64,000 bases of DNA from Octopus sinensis (lineage: Eukaryota), in assembly GCF_006345805.1 (NCBI RefSeq), contig NC_043007.1, positions 51,522,001 through 51,586,000 of the forward strand. The letters run 5' to 3'. Made by a program: the position numbers and the translations under genes. Shown one piece after another: positions 1-13,790 of this stretch. Numbering within the stretch: position 1 is the first letter of the stretch; each line of letters begins with the position of its first letter. The notes beneath the pieces were generated by a model. That model did no database searches and had not been told where the DNA came from. It saw only the letters and a list, made by a program, of their open reading frames with translations.

Positions 1-100
1 CCGCTGGGTTACGAGGACGTAAACACACCAGCATCGGTTGTCAAGAGATGTTGGGGGCACAAACACAGACACACAAACATACACACACACATGCACACAC

Positions 101-182
<82 letters not shown>

Positions 183-350
183 TACGACGGGCTTCTTTCA
201 TTTTCCGTCTACCAAATCTACTCACAAGGCTTGGTCGGCCCGAGGCTATAGTAGAAGTCACTTGCCCAAAGGTGCCACGCAGTGGGACTGAACCCGGAAA
301 CATGTGTTTGGTACGCAAGCTACTTACCACACATCCACTCCTACGCGTAT
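1..350 (-). mobile_element. tRNA-derived SINE family A (CORE-like), with internal (TA)n/(TG)n linker; 3' part runs off window start
   Basis: Reverse strand reads GCGTAGGAGTGGATGTGTGGTAAG (A-box like) ... GGGTTCAGTCCC (B-box like) ... CCTTTGGGCAAGTGACTTCTACTATAGCC (CORE-like). Matches copies at 18463, 50536 and 57166. Confidence 0.85.
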
Positions 351-384
351 TATACATAATTTACATATACATAATAACAAAGGT

Positions 385-1340
385 TTGCGGAAGAAAAAAG
401 AAGAAAAGAGGGGATATGGTGATAGAGATGCATCCCCCTTGATAGAAGATGACCTCTAGGAATAATCGAGGAACCTCACTGTCCGACATTTCCATGAAAA
501 CCAGTTCCTTTTCTCCAGTTCCGTCTCTCCGACTCACAGGTCTACACTTAGAGAGAGATACCATCAACTTTTGCCATTTTCGCAGGAGTCCACCATTCAA
601 CAAACTCACTCAAGGACAGCACTTCCCACTCCACCCTAAATTTCCATTTGAAGTGAAACCTGAAGTCAATGAGAACTCTACCAAAGAGGATTGTGTCTGT
701 TCTCATGCCTTTCAGCCGTGTCCACCAAACAACCTCTTTCGCCATAATCGCCAGAAAAAGGAAAACTGCCTTCCCTGCTCGATTGAAGAAGGGCAGCGGG
801 TCAATCATCAATACAGACTCGGCCGACAGGCAGATCCTCTCAACATCCACAAGTCAGCAATGCTCGGACACTGAACGAGTGCGTGCAGAACGGTTTCGTC
901 ACTCTGCGCGCACCTTGGACAAACCCGTCTCTCAGCACGTCTGTGCACGTAGAGTTTATCTTGAACTAGTAGCACTGCCAGGCCAAGGACATCAGGAAAT
1001 TATCCATGAAGATTCCCGACCAGAAAGTCTTACAGAAGATACTAACCAGTTTGTTTTCGTCGGCACCCCGAGAACGTCGTCGCACTTTCCAGCCTCTATA
1101 AATTTCTAAAGCAGAACACCCACCGATCCCATTGCCTGACTTTAAAGAAGAATTTAAATAAGAGACGCTCCAACCTCGTCAAGCCGTAACCAGAACAATG
1201 CACCATGGTCAGGTGATACATGATGTAGGCATTCGCCACTTCGGCCCGACCTTCCTCTCAAACCATTTCTGGGTTAGACTGGCCACCTTGTTCGCCACGT
1301 CGTCCCAGTTCTTATCAACCTGGAGGTCGGGACCAAATCA
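385..1340 (-). mobile_element. Tx1/L1-clade LINE ORF2 3' fragment (post-RT region and zf-RVT zinc knuckle), disrupted
   Basis: Minus-strand translation gives WFGPDLQVDKNWDDVANKVASLTQKWFERK..GRAEVANAYI, then DKLYVHRRAERRVCPRCAQSDETVLHALVQCPSIADLW (CxxC..H..C), and C-terminal LAIMAKEVVWWTRLKG. Multiple frameshifts. Confidence 0.8.
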
Positions 1341-1610
1341 TGGGTGTTTCATTCATCATCCTTAAACAAACCTTATTCAGGGACCTTTTGAGAGGATGGG
1401 CTACTCAACCTGAAGAAAATTCTAACTGGGTCCCACCTGCAAGGTCATGCGCTGTTTATTTTGATATGAGATCACCATGTCGCGCTCATATGGTTGTGAT
1501 GCATGTGCCTGGTGTAGCCTTTTCAAACAGGTAGTCATGATGGGTATACTGGGCTTCGTATATTTTACCCGTGTCACTTTGATGGCAGGCACTGCACTCT
1601 CACTCAATAA
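1338..1610 (+). mobile_element. Non-coding (TAA)n-tailed retro-element family T, 5'-truncated copy
   Basis: Homologous to 3407-3855 and ends ...CACTGCACTCTCACTCAAT followed by (AAT)n. Confidence 0.8.
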
Positions 1611-1612
1611 TG

Positions 1613-1685
<73 letters not shown>

Positions 1686-1786
1686 GAATAAGAAGAAGAG
1701 AAGAAGAAGAAGAGAAGAAGAAGAAGAAGAGAAGAAGAAGAAGAAGAAGAAGAAGAAGAAGAAGAAGAAGAAGAAGAAGAAGAAAT
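1607..1786. repeat. (AAT)n-(AAG)n compound microsatellite
   Basis: Direct reading of the sequence. Confidence 0.97.
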
Positions 1787-3372
1787 AGATATGAAATAGA
1801 TATGAAATTTGGATTAGAAAAATGCGCCAAAGTAACCATGAAAAGAGGAAAACTAGTTAAGAGTAACAACATCACACTAGATAAAACCAATGAAATAAAA
1901 GAATTAGACCAAAGCCAAACTTACAAATACTTAGGAATCCATGAACTAGATAAGACACAACACACACAAATGAAAGAGAAAATAAAAAAAATATATTATA
2001 GCCGAGTCAGATCAATACTAAAAACAGAGCTCAATGCTGAAAAAAAAGTTAATAGGTATCAACACTTTAGCTGTCCCAGTTATAAGTTACAGCTACAATA
2101 TCCTTAACTGGACACGAAATGGACTGTCCAAAATAGATAGGAAAACAAGAAAAATACTGACAGGATCTAGGATGCATCACCCAAAATCTGACATAGAAAG
2201 ACTATATATACAACGTATAGAAGGTGGTAGAGGCCTTATACAGCTGGAAAACTACTATAAAATAACCACCATAGGACAGCAAAAATACCTACTTCAGAAG
2301 GAAGGAAAACTGATCCAGATAGCAGCAAAACACGAGCAAAACAAAAAACTGTTCTCAGTATTTAAGGAAGCTGACAAATACAAACAAGAAATCATACCAC
2401 CTAATAAACACAAAGAAGAAGAAGTTGATGAAGAAATAACAAAAGCTATAAAACAAATGAAATCCAAACTAAAAGTAGAACAGCAACGAACCATGATAAA
2501 ACGATGGCAAGAAAAGCCCCTTCATGGTAAATACTGCACTAAACTAAACGCAAAAGAAATAGACAAAGAAAAATCCCAGCAATGGTTGAGAAGCTCAGGA
2601 CTCAAAGCAGAAACAGAGGGATTTTTAATTGCAGCACAAGACCAAAGCCTCCCCACCAGAAATTACCAAAAACATGTAATGAAAGGAAATATTACAAGTA
2701 ACTGCAGAATATGTGGAGATGGACAAGAAACAATAAATCATATTATCTCTAGCTGCCCAGTTCTGGCTAAGAAGGAATATATTCACAGACATGACAGAGT
2801 TGGAACCTACATACATTGGAAGCTATGCCAACATTATGGAATAACAACAGAAAAAAGATGGTATAGACACACACCAGAAAAGGTAACAGAAAACGAGAAA
2901 GCAACCATACTCTGGGATATGCCGATACACACAGATAGAGAAATTAAGGCCAACAGACCAGATATAGTTGTCAGAGATCATGAAGAAAAAAAAATGCTTT
3001 CTAATTGATGTATCAATACCAGCAGATGACAACGTGTCTCTAAAAGAAATGGAGAAACTCTCAAAATACAAAGACCTGGAAATAGAGGTAACTAGAATGT
3101 GGAATCTGAAAACAGAAACAATTCCTATCATAGTAGATGCATTAGGCATGATAAAAAAATATTCAGACAAATACATAACAAAAACACCAGGACTTACAAA
3201 CACATATAACATACAGAAAATTGCACTACTAGGCACTGCACACATCCTACGGAGAACACTTTCCATACAATAACCATCAGAGCATCACAACAAATCACAG
3301 CACATACCCAAGGCACACAGAGCTGCGCTCGGTAGTGAAGTGAAAGCACGCTATAAAAATAAAACTACTGAA
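1787..3372 (+). mobile_element. R4/Dong-like non-LTR retrotransposon (family DA), 5'-truncated: RT thumb, CCHC knuckle, restriction-like endonuclease
   Basis: MKFGLEKCAK..YKYLGI; CRICGDGQETINHIISSC; RHDRVG; WDMPIHTDREIKANRPDIVV..CFLIDVSIP..EKLSKYKDLEIE (PD-(D/E)xK RLE). Frameshifts fall in A-runs near 2040 and 2990. 3' UTR ends in (TAA)n. Confidence 0.92.
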
Positions 3373-3406
3373 TAATAATAATAATGATAATAATAATAAT
3401 AATAAT

Positions 3407-3855
3407 ATATTCTGCTCAATACCACAGATTTGCTTGTCAGTTGTTTGACCATAACCAGTTGAGCATGTCCCTTAGTGGCTGACAATATGTGCATCTCTGA
3501 TCGCGAGCAGAAGTAGTGGGGGAGCATCATAGCCATGTGTTGAGAAAGATTCTTTGCGGTATGAATAATTCACCTCTGGAAACATGGGTGGTTCTTTCAA
3601 CATCCTTAAACAACCCTTATTCAGGGACCTTTTGAGCGGGATGGGCTACTCAACCTGAAGAAAATTCTAGCTGGGCCCCACCTGCAAGGTCATGTGCTGT
3701 TTATCTTGATATGAGATCACCATGTCGCGCACATATGGTTGTGATGCATGTGCCTGGTGTACCTTTATCAGACGGGTAGTCATGATGGGTATATTGGGCT
3801 TCGTATAGTTTACCCCAGTGTCACTTTGATGGCATGAACTGCTCTCTCACTCAAT
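3407..3855 (+). mobile_element. Family T element, 5'-truncated, embedded in (TAA)n
   Basis: Preceded by (AAT)n and ends CTCTCTCACTCAAT. Essentially identical to 4801-5249. Confidence 0.85.
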
Positions 3856-3963
3856 GATAATAATAATGATAATAATAATGATGATGATGATGATGATGAT
3901 GACGACGACGACGACGACGACGACGAAGATGACGACAACGACGACGATGACGATGACGACGAC

Positions 3964-4002
<39 letters not shown>

Positions 4003-4010
4003 AATAATAA
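3856..4010. repeat. Compound (AAT)(GAT)(GAC)(GAT)(AAT) microsatellite, duplicated at 5250-5404
   Basis: Direct reading; the second copy is offset by 1394 bp. Confidence 0.95.
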
Positions 4011-4764
4011 AGCTCGGGACTCAAATCCGAGACAGAGGGATTTTTAATTGCAGCACAAGACCAAAGCCTCCCCATCAGAAATTACCAAAAACATGTAATG
4101 AAAAGAAAGATAACAAGTAACTGCAGAATATGTGGAGATGGATAATAAATCATGTTATCTCTGGCTGCCCAGTCCTGGCTAAGAAGGAGTATATTCACAG
4201 ACACGACAGAGTTGGGACCCACATACACTGGAAGCTATGCCAACATTATGGAATAACAACAGCAAAAATGGTATAGGCACACACGAGAAAAGGTCACAAC
4301 CATACTCTGGGATATGTCAATACACACAGATAGAGAAATTAAGGCCAACAGACCAGATATAGTTGTCAGAGATCATGAAGAAAAAAAATGCTTTCTAATT
4401 GATGTATCAATACCAGCAGATGACAACGTGTCTCTAAAAGAAGTGGAGAAACTTTCAAAATACAAAGACCTGGAAATAGAGGTAACTAGAATGTGGAATC
4501 TAAAAACAGAAACAATTCCTATCATAATAGGTGCATTAAGCATGATTAAAAAATATTCAGACAATTACATAACAAAAACACCAGGACTTACAAACACATA
4601 TAACATACAGAAAATTGCACTACTAGGCACTGCACACATCCTACGGAGAACACTTTCCATACAATAACCATCAGAGCATCACAACAAATCACAGCACATA
4701 CCCAAGGCACACAGAGCTGCGCTCGGTAGTGAAGTGAAAGCACGCTATAAAAATAAAACTACTG
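4011..4764 (+). mobile_element. Dong-like family DA, short 3' copy 2 (RLE domain + 3' UTR)
   Basis: ORF 4314-4667 SIHTDREIKANRPDIVV..GTAHILRRTLSIQ; (TAA)n tail. Confidence 0.9.
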
Positions 4765-4800
4765 AATAATAATAATAATGATAATAATAATAATAATAAT

Positions 4801-5249
4801 ATATTCTGCTCAATACCACAGATTTGCTTGTCAGTTGTTTGACCATAACCAGTTGAGCATGTCCCTTAGTGGCTGACAATATGTGCATCTCTGATCGCGA
4901 GCAGAAGTAGTGGGGGAGCATCATAGCCATGTGTTGAGAAAGATTCTTTGCGGTATGAATAATTCACCTCTGGAAACATGGGTGGTTCTTTCAACATCCT
5001 TAAACAACCCTTATTCAGGGACCTTTTGAGCGGGATGGGCTACTCAACCTGAAGAAAATTCTAGCTGGGCCCCACCTGCAAGGTCATGTGCTGTTTATCT
5101 TGATATGAGATCACCATGTCGCGCACATATGGTTGTGATGCATGTGCCTGGTGTACCTTTATCAGACGGGTAGTCATGATGGGTATATTGGGCTTCGTAT
5201 AGTTTACCCCAGTGTCACTTTGATGGCATGAACTGCTCTCTCACTCAAT
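4801..5249 (+). mobile_element. Family T element (duplicate of 3407-3855)
   Basis: Same truncation point and sequence, offset 1394 bp. Confidence 0.85.
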
Positions 5250-5357
5250 GATAATAATAATGATAATAATAATGATGATGATGATGATGATGATGACGAC
5301 GACGACGACGACGACGACGAAGATGACGACAACGACGACGATGACGATGACGACGAC

Positions 5358-5396
<39 letters not shown>

Positions 5397-5404
5397 AATA
5401 ATAA

Positions 5405-6157
5405 AGCTCGGGACTCAAATCCGAGACAGAGGGATTTTTAATTGCAGCACAAGACCAAAGCCTCCCCATCAGAAATTACCAAAAAACATGTAATGAAAAG
5501 AAAGATAACAAGTAACTGCAGAATATGTGGAGATGGATAATAAATCATGTTATCTCTGGCTGCCCAGTCCTGGCTAAGAAGGAGTATATTCACAGACACG
5601 ACAGAGTTGGGACCCACATACACTGGAAGCTATGCCAACATTATGGAATAACAACAGCAAAAATGGTATAGGCACACACCAGAAAAGGTCACAACCATAC
5701 TCTGGGATATGTCAATACACACAGATAGAGAAATTAAGGCCAACAGACCAGATATAGTTGTCAGAGATCATAAAGAAAAAAAATGCTTTCTAATTGATGT
5801 ATCAATACCAGCAGATGACAACGTGTCTCTAAAAGAAGTGGAGAAACTTTCAAAATACAAAGACCTGGAAATAGAGGTAACTAGAATGTGGAATCTAAAA
5901 ACAGAAACAATTCCTATCATAATAGGTGCATTAAGCATGATTAAAAAATATTCAGACAATTACATAACAAAAACACCAGGACTTACAAACACATATAACA
6001 TACAGAAAAATTGCACTACTAGGCACTGCATACATCCTACGCAGAACACTTTCCATACAATAACCATCAGAGCATCACAACAAATCACAGCACATACCCA
6101 AGGCACACAGAGCTGCGCTCGGTAGTGAAGTGAAAGCACGCTATAAAAATAAAACTA

Positions 6158-6160
<3 letters not shown>
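5405..6160 (+). mobile_element. Dong-like family DA, short 3' copy 3
   Basis: Same 5' truncation point and same internal deletion (AAGGTCACAACCATAC) as copy 2; long (TAA)n tail. Confidence 0.9.
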
Positions 6161-6210
<50 letters not shown>

Positions 6211-6259
6211 TAATAATAATAATAATAATAATAATATTAATAATAATAATAATAATAAT

Positions 6260-6722
6260 AAAGATGGGCTACAGCAAATATTCTGCTCAATACCACAGAT
6301 TTGCTTGTCAGTTGTTTGACCTTAACCAGTTGAGCATGTCCCTTAGTGGCTGACGATATGTGCATCTCTGATCACGAGCAGAAGTAGTGGGGGAGCATCA
6401 TAGCCATGTGTTGAGAGGGATTCTTTGGGGTTTGAATAATTCACCTCTGGAAACATGGGTGGTTCTTTCAACATCCTTAAACAACCCTTATTCAGGGACC
6501 TTTTGAGCGGATGGGCTACTCAACCTGAAGAAAATTCTAACTGGGCCCCACCTGCAAGGTCATGTGCTGTTTATCTTGATATGAGATCACCATGTCGCGC
6601 ACATATGGTTGTGATGCATGTGCCTGGTGTACCTTTATCAGACGGGTAGTCATGATGGGTATATTGGGCTTCGTATATTTTACCCCAGTGTCACTTTGAT
6701 GGCATGCACTGCTCTCTCACTC

Positions 6723-6725
<3 letters not shown>
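6260..6725 (+). mobile_element. Family T element flanked by (TAA)n on both sides
   Basis: Starts AAAGATGGGCTACAGC and ends CTCTCTCACTCAAT(AAT)n. Confidence 0.85.
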
Positions 6726-6818
<93 letters not shown>

Positions 6819-7472
6819 GAGATTTATAGTCATATCCTCAACTACTGGAGCCAAAAAAACATTTTTAATGTTAGGACAATAAATAAAATATTTATCAAGT
6901 ATCTCATTTACATGCTTATAATTATAATCTTCAAATTTACATTTTCGTAATTACAAATATCTCATTTACATGGACATAATTACAAACATCTAATTTGCAT
7001 AGACGTAATTATATATATCTAATTGATATGGATATATTTTATAAGTATCTTATTTATATGGATATATGTACTTCTAATTTATATGGGTTTATTTAGCAAT
7101 ATCTCACATTTATGGATGTATTTGTGTGAAATACAATATAAATGTAATGAAACTGTTCTATGTTTATACTTCTTACGTATGGACAATGTCCAATTAATTT
7201 GAACTTTGAATGTCGTTAAATTTTCTCACTTACATGAATGTGTATACTTATTATAATGTCATATATAATCCAACACTATATGCTAATTTATTTAAATATC
7301 ATTTGTTATAGAGAAACTAACTTGGTGAAAAACATCAACTAAAATCTAGCACTAAAAGGTTTTGTACAAATGTATCTATGAGTATTTTAAAATGCATATT
7401 TCCTACATGAACCGATAAAAATTTTATATATCCACACAAACACACACACACACATACACACACGTGTGTGTT

Positions 7473-7520
<48 letters not shown>

Positions 7521-7601
7521 GAGAGAGGGAAGGAGGGAAGGAGGAGGGAGGGTGGGAAAGAGGGAGGGAGAGGAAGAGAGAGAAAATAAATGTACATTTA
7601 T

Positions 7602-7633
<32 letters not shown>

Positions 7634-8959
7634 TTAGAGAGAAAGAGAGACAGAGAGAGGGTCAACACTAGGTGAGATCCAGAGATGCTCAATATAGAAA
7701 ACACATAGTAGTGCTCGAATGATTTGAACTTACACTCCAAAATCTCTATCGAAGTCTAAGTCCACGAGGTAGAGACTGGCTATAAGAGAAGTCGAGGTAA
7801 GCTGATATGGAAGTAATGATGCAAATAAACGCACTTGGGCTCGATACATGAAATATAGCTACATACATATACACATGTGAATACAGAGAAATAAAAAATG
7901 AATATATTCAGATGAACACTCGTGTAGAAGCATTGAGATATTTATATATTTACAGAACAGACTTACATGGAGCATAAAATATTGAGAAAACAAATGGAAA
8001 AGGGTATGGCATTTCGGATCCGACAGCTGTTCCTGGGGGTTCAGAATTATGTGATAATTGTAATGTCGGCACTTGGAGTGTGCAAAACTCAAGGATATGC
8101 AACCAGTAGGGATGTATATAAATATTACCGTAAAGCCAGCTTCTGTCTTGAGGGTGGAAACTAGCGGTTCAAATCATAGTTCGAGAGAATTTAAGAGTAG
8201 AATAGAAGAAGAGGGCGAAAAGAATTAGGTAGAAGGAGGATGTTGGTAGTTCAGGAGGAGGGAACTGTTGAAGCAACTGAAGGGTAAGAAGAGGCAGGAG
8301 TGACAGAGCACAGAGATGGGGTGAGTGGCTATGGGATTGAAAGATGTAGAAGTAGAAGTGGTGAGTCGAGAGATGAATGGAAAGGGTTAGGATAGGTAGT
8401 ATTGTAAAGAGTGGAGTTTGGTGTGTTGACAAAATATGTTATTAATCAGGGATGGTGGAGGTTATAGAACTAGAAGGAGAAGAGATGAATGAAGTAGGGA
8501 ATAGGGTTGTGAGAGCGGGGGAATAAGGCTACCGTAAAAGGGAATTAAGTACGGTGAGAGAAGGGAAAGGCGAGCACTGAAATGAAGGGAAGGAATCTAG
8601 ATGCCGGCAGGGAGACTAGGGGAAAATTGGAAGACTAAAAGTGAGTTTGGAAAGTTGGAGGAAAAATACTAACCTAAAGAGAGATGTGAGAGTAAATAGA
8701 GAGAGAGGAGGGAAGAAAGGGAGGGATAGGTTGGTAACAGTGGCAAGGTGTAGGTAGTGCTAAGTGGTTCAGGTTAAGGGTGAAGCTAGGAGGTGGTGGG
8801 GAAGGATTTTGAAGGATGAGTATGGGATAGTGGGATAGGAGAATATGCTTGGTAAGGAGGAATATGCGAAGAGAATCGATAGAGAGAAAAATATATATAG
8901 AAGGGGTGGGGTAAATAGCGGTGTTATGCTGTTAGCACGGCTAAGTTGTAATTTAAGTT

Positions 8960-9560
8960 TGAATCGTGATTAGGGGAATTATTCAAACTTTACAAAATAG
9001 GCAAACAGTGAATAAAATTTGTGCTTTCATGAGAAGATTACATCTGAGAATCTATTGTGTAATGAGGGGTTGTAGTGGCAGAGAATGGCGAGCGATTCGC
9101 TTAAACACAATTTATAAGTCCTGTGGTAAGTATTGTACGAGTGAGCATCGCAAATAATGGACCAGGATAGAGTATAAAGAATATTATGGATGGAACCTGA
9201 GGTTTTATATGTAAGTCGCTAAAGAGGTAGGACGTTTAGAGGATTAGTTAGAGAAAGAATTCATGTAGGTTCAGTTGCGGCGCTTGAAATTGACTGTATT
9301 GCCAATGTAGACCCTTGCCTGGTGGGAGCGTGGTGTTAATATCAGGCATTAATAGACTACGTTATTGTGCAGACAGTAACTCCCGAGTGGAAGATTTGGG
9401 AGACCCGGAAATTGCAGGTTTTCCTATCACTACTGGGTTTGGAATTGATCCCTGCAAAGTCCTGATTCGTATGGTCAGTTACCACCCAAAGAAGTGCCGA
9501 AGATATTACCACTACTGGTGCTAGTTTGAGAGGGGATATCATCGTAATTATGTGATCATG
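8960..9560 (-). mobile_element. Decayed Penelope-like element, GIY-YIG endonuclease region
   Basis: Minus frames give RKTCNFRV.., NNVVY*C..ARVYIGNTVNFKRR.., LSWSIICDAHSYN..KLCLSESLAIL..SLHNRFS. In-frame stops. Followed on the minus strand by a long CT-rich 3' region (8170-8960). Confidence 0.7.
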
Positions 9561-10779
9561 TTGGTAGCAGTATAGGATGCAGCATCATGGTTGTTATTAT
9601 TGAATCAGGTTTCTAAGTGTTGTATTATTGCTACTAGGTGAGTTGTAGTAGAGTTCAAGGATAGATCGTAGGATCTACCGTCAAGTGGTGAAGTTTGTGT
9701 CTATGAGAAGTGGTAAAAATCATTGCTGAATGATTTTTGTCTGCTACTGATATACATCCATGCCTTTTAACATTATATGTCTACAAGATGCATACTCCTT
9801 CTAACTTGATATACATGTGGAAATCCGTTAGTGTATGCAGAAAAAGTTATAATACAGGAAGATGGAATGAACAAGCATTAATCAAAATTACAATTGTTTC
9901 TGTGCCGTAATAACAGCCGTTAAACTGTTAGCGGTTGAGCGTTTCACATATTATACATAGCAGATGTAACCCAACAACAGCTGTGTACTCGGACGTCACC
10001 AGGTGAGTGGCTTTGAGAGCATTGCTGGATAACCAGTAGTTTTTTATTGTTTTGTACCCATATTCTATATTTTAACATGTTTTGTATACTTTAACGTCTA
10101 TTTAAACAGACACACGTCATCATAAAAAAATAAAAAAACATTAATAGAAATAAAAATCAAAAATGTAAATTATAAATGAAACGGACCAAAATTAATTAAT
10201 GGAAATTGATTAAAAGTAAAAAATATAAATTAACACAACCTCAAATTCGTTCTTTTCTTTAGTATAAATATGTGTTGACTTTTATGAAAATAATGTTGGC
10301 AAAATATAAACGAGTGTACGTGAACTGAAGTAATAATTGACCTTGCGTCCTTTGAAGTAAAATACTCTTACGTTCAAAAGGGATAAGAAATTCTTTTAAT
10401 CCATTTTTTGGCAACATTATTATCTCAGCGTGTTACTCTATCTTCATAAAAGGCGAGATATATTTGTACTAAAGGAAATACTGAATTTGAGATTGTGTTA
10501 CTTTATATTTTATACTTTCGATTTTTATCTCCATTGATTAATTTTGGTCTGTTTATTTTACAATTTACATTTTTGGTTTTTATTTCCATTAATTTATTTT
10601 GTATTTTTTATGACTTGTGTCTATTTCAATCTACGTGTTTCTCATTACCAAAGGAATGTTAAAAATAGAATGTGGATACAAAACAATGGTTATCCAGCGG
10701 TGCGAGAACACAGGTATTTATGGAACATTTCATATAGAATTTATGTAATAATATGTATACTATGTGAAACATTCAACAA

Positions 10780-12445
10780 CTAACAGGTTAACAGTTGTTA
10801 CTCATGCGCAGAAACAACTGCTGTATTTTGGATTTAAGCCTGTTCATTTCATCCATACTTGCAGTCCCTCTGACCAACCTCTGGAGAAATTCGTTAGACG
10901 CAGGTTATATACCGAAACAGTTTCTATCCCAGTCGGTCATCCCGGTTTTCAAACAGGGAAACAGATCCCTCGCAGTCAACTATCGCCCAATCTCACTCAC
11001 CTCCCACATCATTAAAGTGTTTGAAAGAGTGTTAAGATCAAGGATAGCTGACTTCCTGGAGACCCACAAACTCCTAAATGCAAATCAGCATGGCTTTCGC
11101 TGTGGCAGGGACTGTCTAACACAGCTCTTACACCACATTGAAGATGTACTCAAAGCCTTGGGAACAGGTTCGAACTCTGACGTCATATATCTTGACTTCA
11201 GTAAAGCGTTCGATAGAGTAGACCATAACATCCTACTCTCAAAATTGGCAAACGTTGGAATCCGTGGAAAAGTTCTACACTGGATTAAGTATTTCCTGGC
11301 GAATAGAACACAACATGTTGTAGTTGATGGAGTCCACTCAAACCCAGCAAAAGTCACCAGCTGTGTTCCCCAGGGAACTGTTTTGGGTCCGCTACTCTTC
11401 ATAATTTACGTAAACGACCTTTCCAGTGTCGTACATTACTGCAAAGTGAAAATATTTGCTGATGAGACTAAGCTCCAGCAAATCGTCAATGAAGAAGCAG
11501 ACCGAACTCAACTCCAGTCTGATCTATATGCTGTAAGTCAATGGGCAGACAGAAACAAAATGCAACTGAATGAGGGAAAATTTGAGCTGATGCATTTTGG
11601 AGAAATTCCTCACTAAAACAACCATACTCTCTTCCTTCAGGGGAACCGCTCACAGCCTCTAACAATATCAGAGACCTGGGTGTAATTGTTGATGACGATC
11701 TCAGTTGGAGTGCACACATCAACAAGAAGGTCGATATAGCTCGTAGGATGAGTTCCTGGATCTTAAGAACTTTCCGGTCCAGAGAACAAGGTGTCATCAT
11801 ACCACTTTTCTCCTCCTTTGTACGGCCACACCTTCAATACTGCTGCCCACTGTGGTCTCCTCACACAAGACAAAACATCTCCAGAATTGAGTCACCCCAG
11901 AGGGCACTCACTAAACAAATTGAAGGCATGGCTGCTCTCGATTATTGGGATCGCCTTAAAGCCTTGAAACTTTACTCCCTCCAGCATCGCCATGAGCGGT
12001 ACATCATTTGTACGATGTGGAAAATATACCGCCAACTTTGCCCAAACGACCTAAACATTAGCTTCAAGGTTCATCCAAGACTTGGACCACGGGCTATACG
12101 TCCCCTGCCCAATTCAAGATCACAACATACATGTACACTGCAACATAATTTCTTTTCCTCAACAGGCCCTGCCCTATTTAACATTGTCCCGAGGGAGATC
12201 AAAGAGGAAAAGGATCCCATCAACTTTAAACAGAGTCTGGATAGATTCCTTCAAAGAATACCAGATAAGCCACCCATAATTGGATACAACTCACCCAACA
12301 AGAACTCACTACTTGAATAAAACTTGACTTAAACAAAACTTGACTTAAACAGGATTCGAATAATCCAATCAGGTGGTGCTATTAAGTTAGACATGGCCTG
12401 GACCAATCTTTGGTCGAAACATATCTAAGTTTATCTAAGTTTATA
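10780..12445 (+). mobile_element. CR1/L2-group LINE, 5'-truncated, RT domain with premature stop
   Basis: YRPISLTSHIIKVFER, QHGFR..CLTQL, YLDFSKAFDRVDH, VPQGTVLGPLLF, FADE (degenerate YADD), post-RT HLQYCCPLWSP. Ends in tandem (TTTATCTAAG) tail. Confidence 0.9.
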
Positions 12446-12570
12446 TATAATTGTATCTTATTTTATAAACAAGAATATATTTGTTAAGATATTTCGTATT
12501 TTACAAGATTATTTACGTATATTTATTAATTTATCTAATTAATTATTTTATCATTGTTGTTATCTTTAAC

Positions 12571-12666
12571 CTGAAGAGTGGCTATATTTATATCGAAGTG
12601 ATTTTACTACTACTACTATTATTTTTACTATTATCATTTGTTAAATATGGCCACGAAACACGTATC
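12571..12666 (+). ncRNA. Degenerate type I hammerhead-like motif
   Basis: CTGAAGA 12571-12577; 9-bp stem II GTGGCTATA/TATGGCCAC; GAAAC-ACGT-ATC. Stem III has a C.A mismatch and stem I is poor. Confidence 0.5.
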
Positions 12667-12809
12667 GCTATTCTACCAAATATATACGTTTTATTTATTA
12701 TTTTGCACATTACTTAATCATCGTTATATGTTTAACTTAATCTTTCTATAATATGTTATTTTGCTAAATGGTATAATTCAAAAAAGGTGCTTTTTCCTAA
12801 TTTATATAT

Positions 12810-13790
12810 ATATTACTTGGAAAAGCATGCGTGGCGTTCGATCATATAATAATATAAATAACATATAAATATATGCATATATACATACATACATATATGT
12901 ACATACCTACATATATATACATATATACATGCATATATGGGTACAGGACATAAAAAAAAACGGTGAACACAATGAGAAACGAAAACATTAAAACAAAAGC
13001 ATAGAAAACGAACATTTTTTAGAATAACGCAAAAAACTGAGAAGCGAGACATGCAACATAAAGAATATTCCCCTTCATCAGTTGTCCCTGTTTCATCTAC
13101 TCCGCGTTATGAAGGCAAGGACAATACGCAACTTCGTTGAAACAGTCCTTCCCGCAAAGCAAATTAAATTAAAATTTGGGATTTTTTGCGGAGGGTGAAA
13201 GTGGTAACAAGAACAGAACAGTGAGAACATGACAGTAAAAACAAACAGTGAGGGCTGTAAAGCCAAGACGATAGAAAAAGTATTATGAACACTAGGAAGA
13301 CGATCTTATGAGAGGAGACAGGTGTAAGCACGTGTTGTCTTTAGGAAAGGAATGAGCTGAAAGATAGATTCCTTTTCATCACGTGTCAGCGACGAGAGCG
13401 TCAAGGAGGAAGAGTGAGAAAGAGGGAATGGTGAAGAGGAGAGGAAAAGAATAGGGAAGGGTGGGAGAGAAAACCAGAAAGGATTGCGGGAAGGACTGTT
13501 TCAACGAAGTCGCGTATCGTCCTTGCCTTCGTAACGCGGAGTAAATGAAACATGGACAACTGATGAAGGGAAATACACTTTATGTTGCATGTCTCGTTTC
13601 TCTGTTTGTTTGTTTTTTTCGTTATTCGAAAAACAGTTCGTTTTCTGTTTTCGTTTCTCATTGTGTCCAACGTTTTTTTTATGTCATGTACCCATATATG
13701 CATGTATATATACATATATATGTAGATATGTACATATATGTATGTATATATGCATATATTTATATATTATATGTATATATATATACATAC
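12810..13790. repeat. Head-to-head inverted pair of a non-coding repeat (family P, probable Penelope pLTR relic)
   Basis: 12880-13160 is the reverse complement of 13485-13790 (shared GCGGGAAGGACTGTTTCAACGAAG..GGACAACTGATGAAGGG). Related copies at 16380-16850 (-), 20770-21070 and 40060-40520 (-). Confidence 0.75.

Noticed and set aside
449-1109. Plus-strand ORFs of 141 and 146 aa
   Set aside because: They are antisense shadows of the minus-strand Tx1/L1 fragment.
3351-6725. CRISPR-like repeat/spacer array
   Set aside because: Units are ~1.4-kb eukaryotic retroelement/microsatellite blocks, with no short conserved repeats with unique spacers and no cas genes.
8012-10008. Minus-strand HHR relics at 8012-8160 and 9884-10008
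   Set aside because: Palindromic stem III words (ACAGCTGT, ACAATTGT) are present, but the cores are mutated and stems I/II fail. They are counted only as weak relics.
12385-12425. CTGGACCAATCTTTGGTCGAAAC as a hammerhead
   Set aside because: It has no CUGANGA core or stem I, and is better explained as the 3' stem-loop of the CR1-group LINE.
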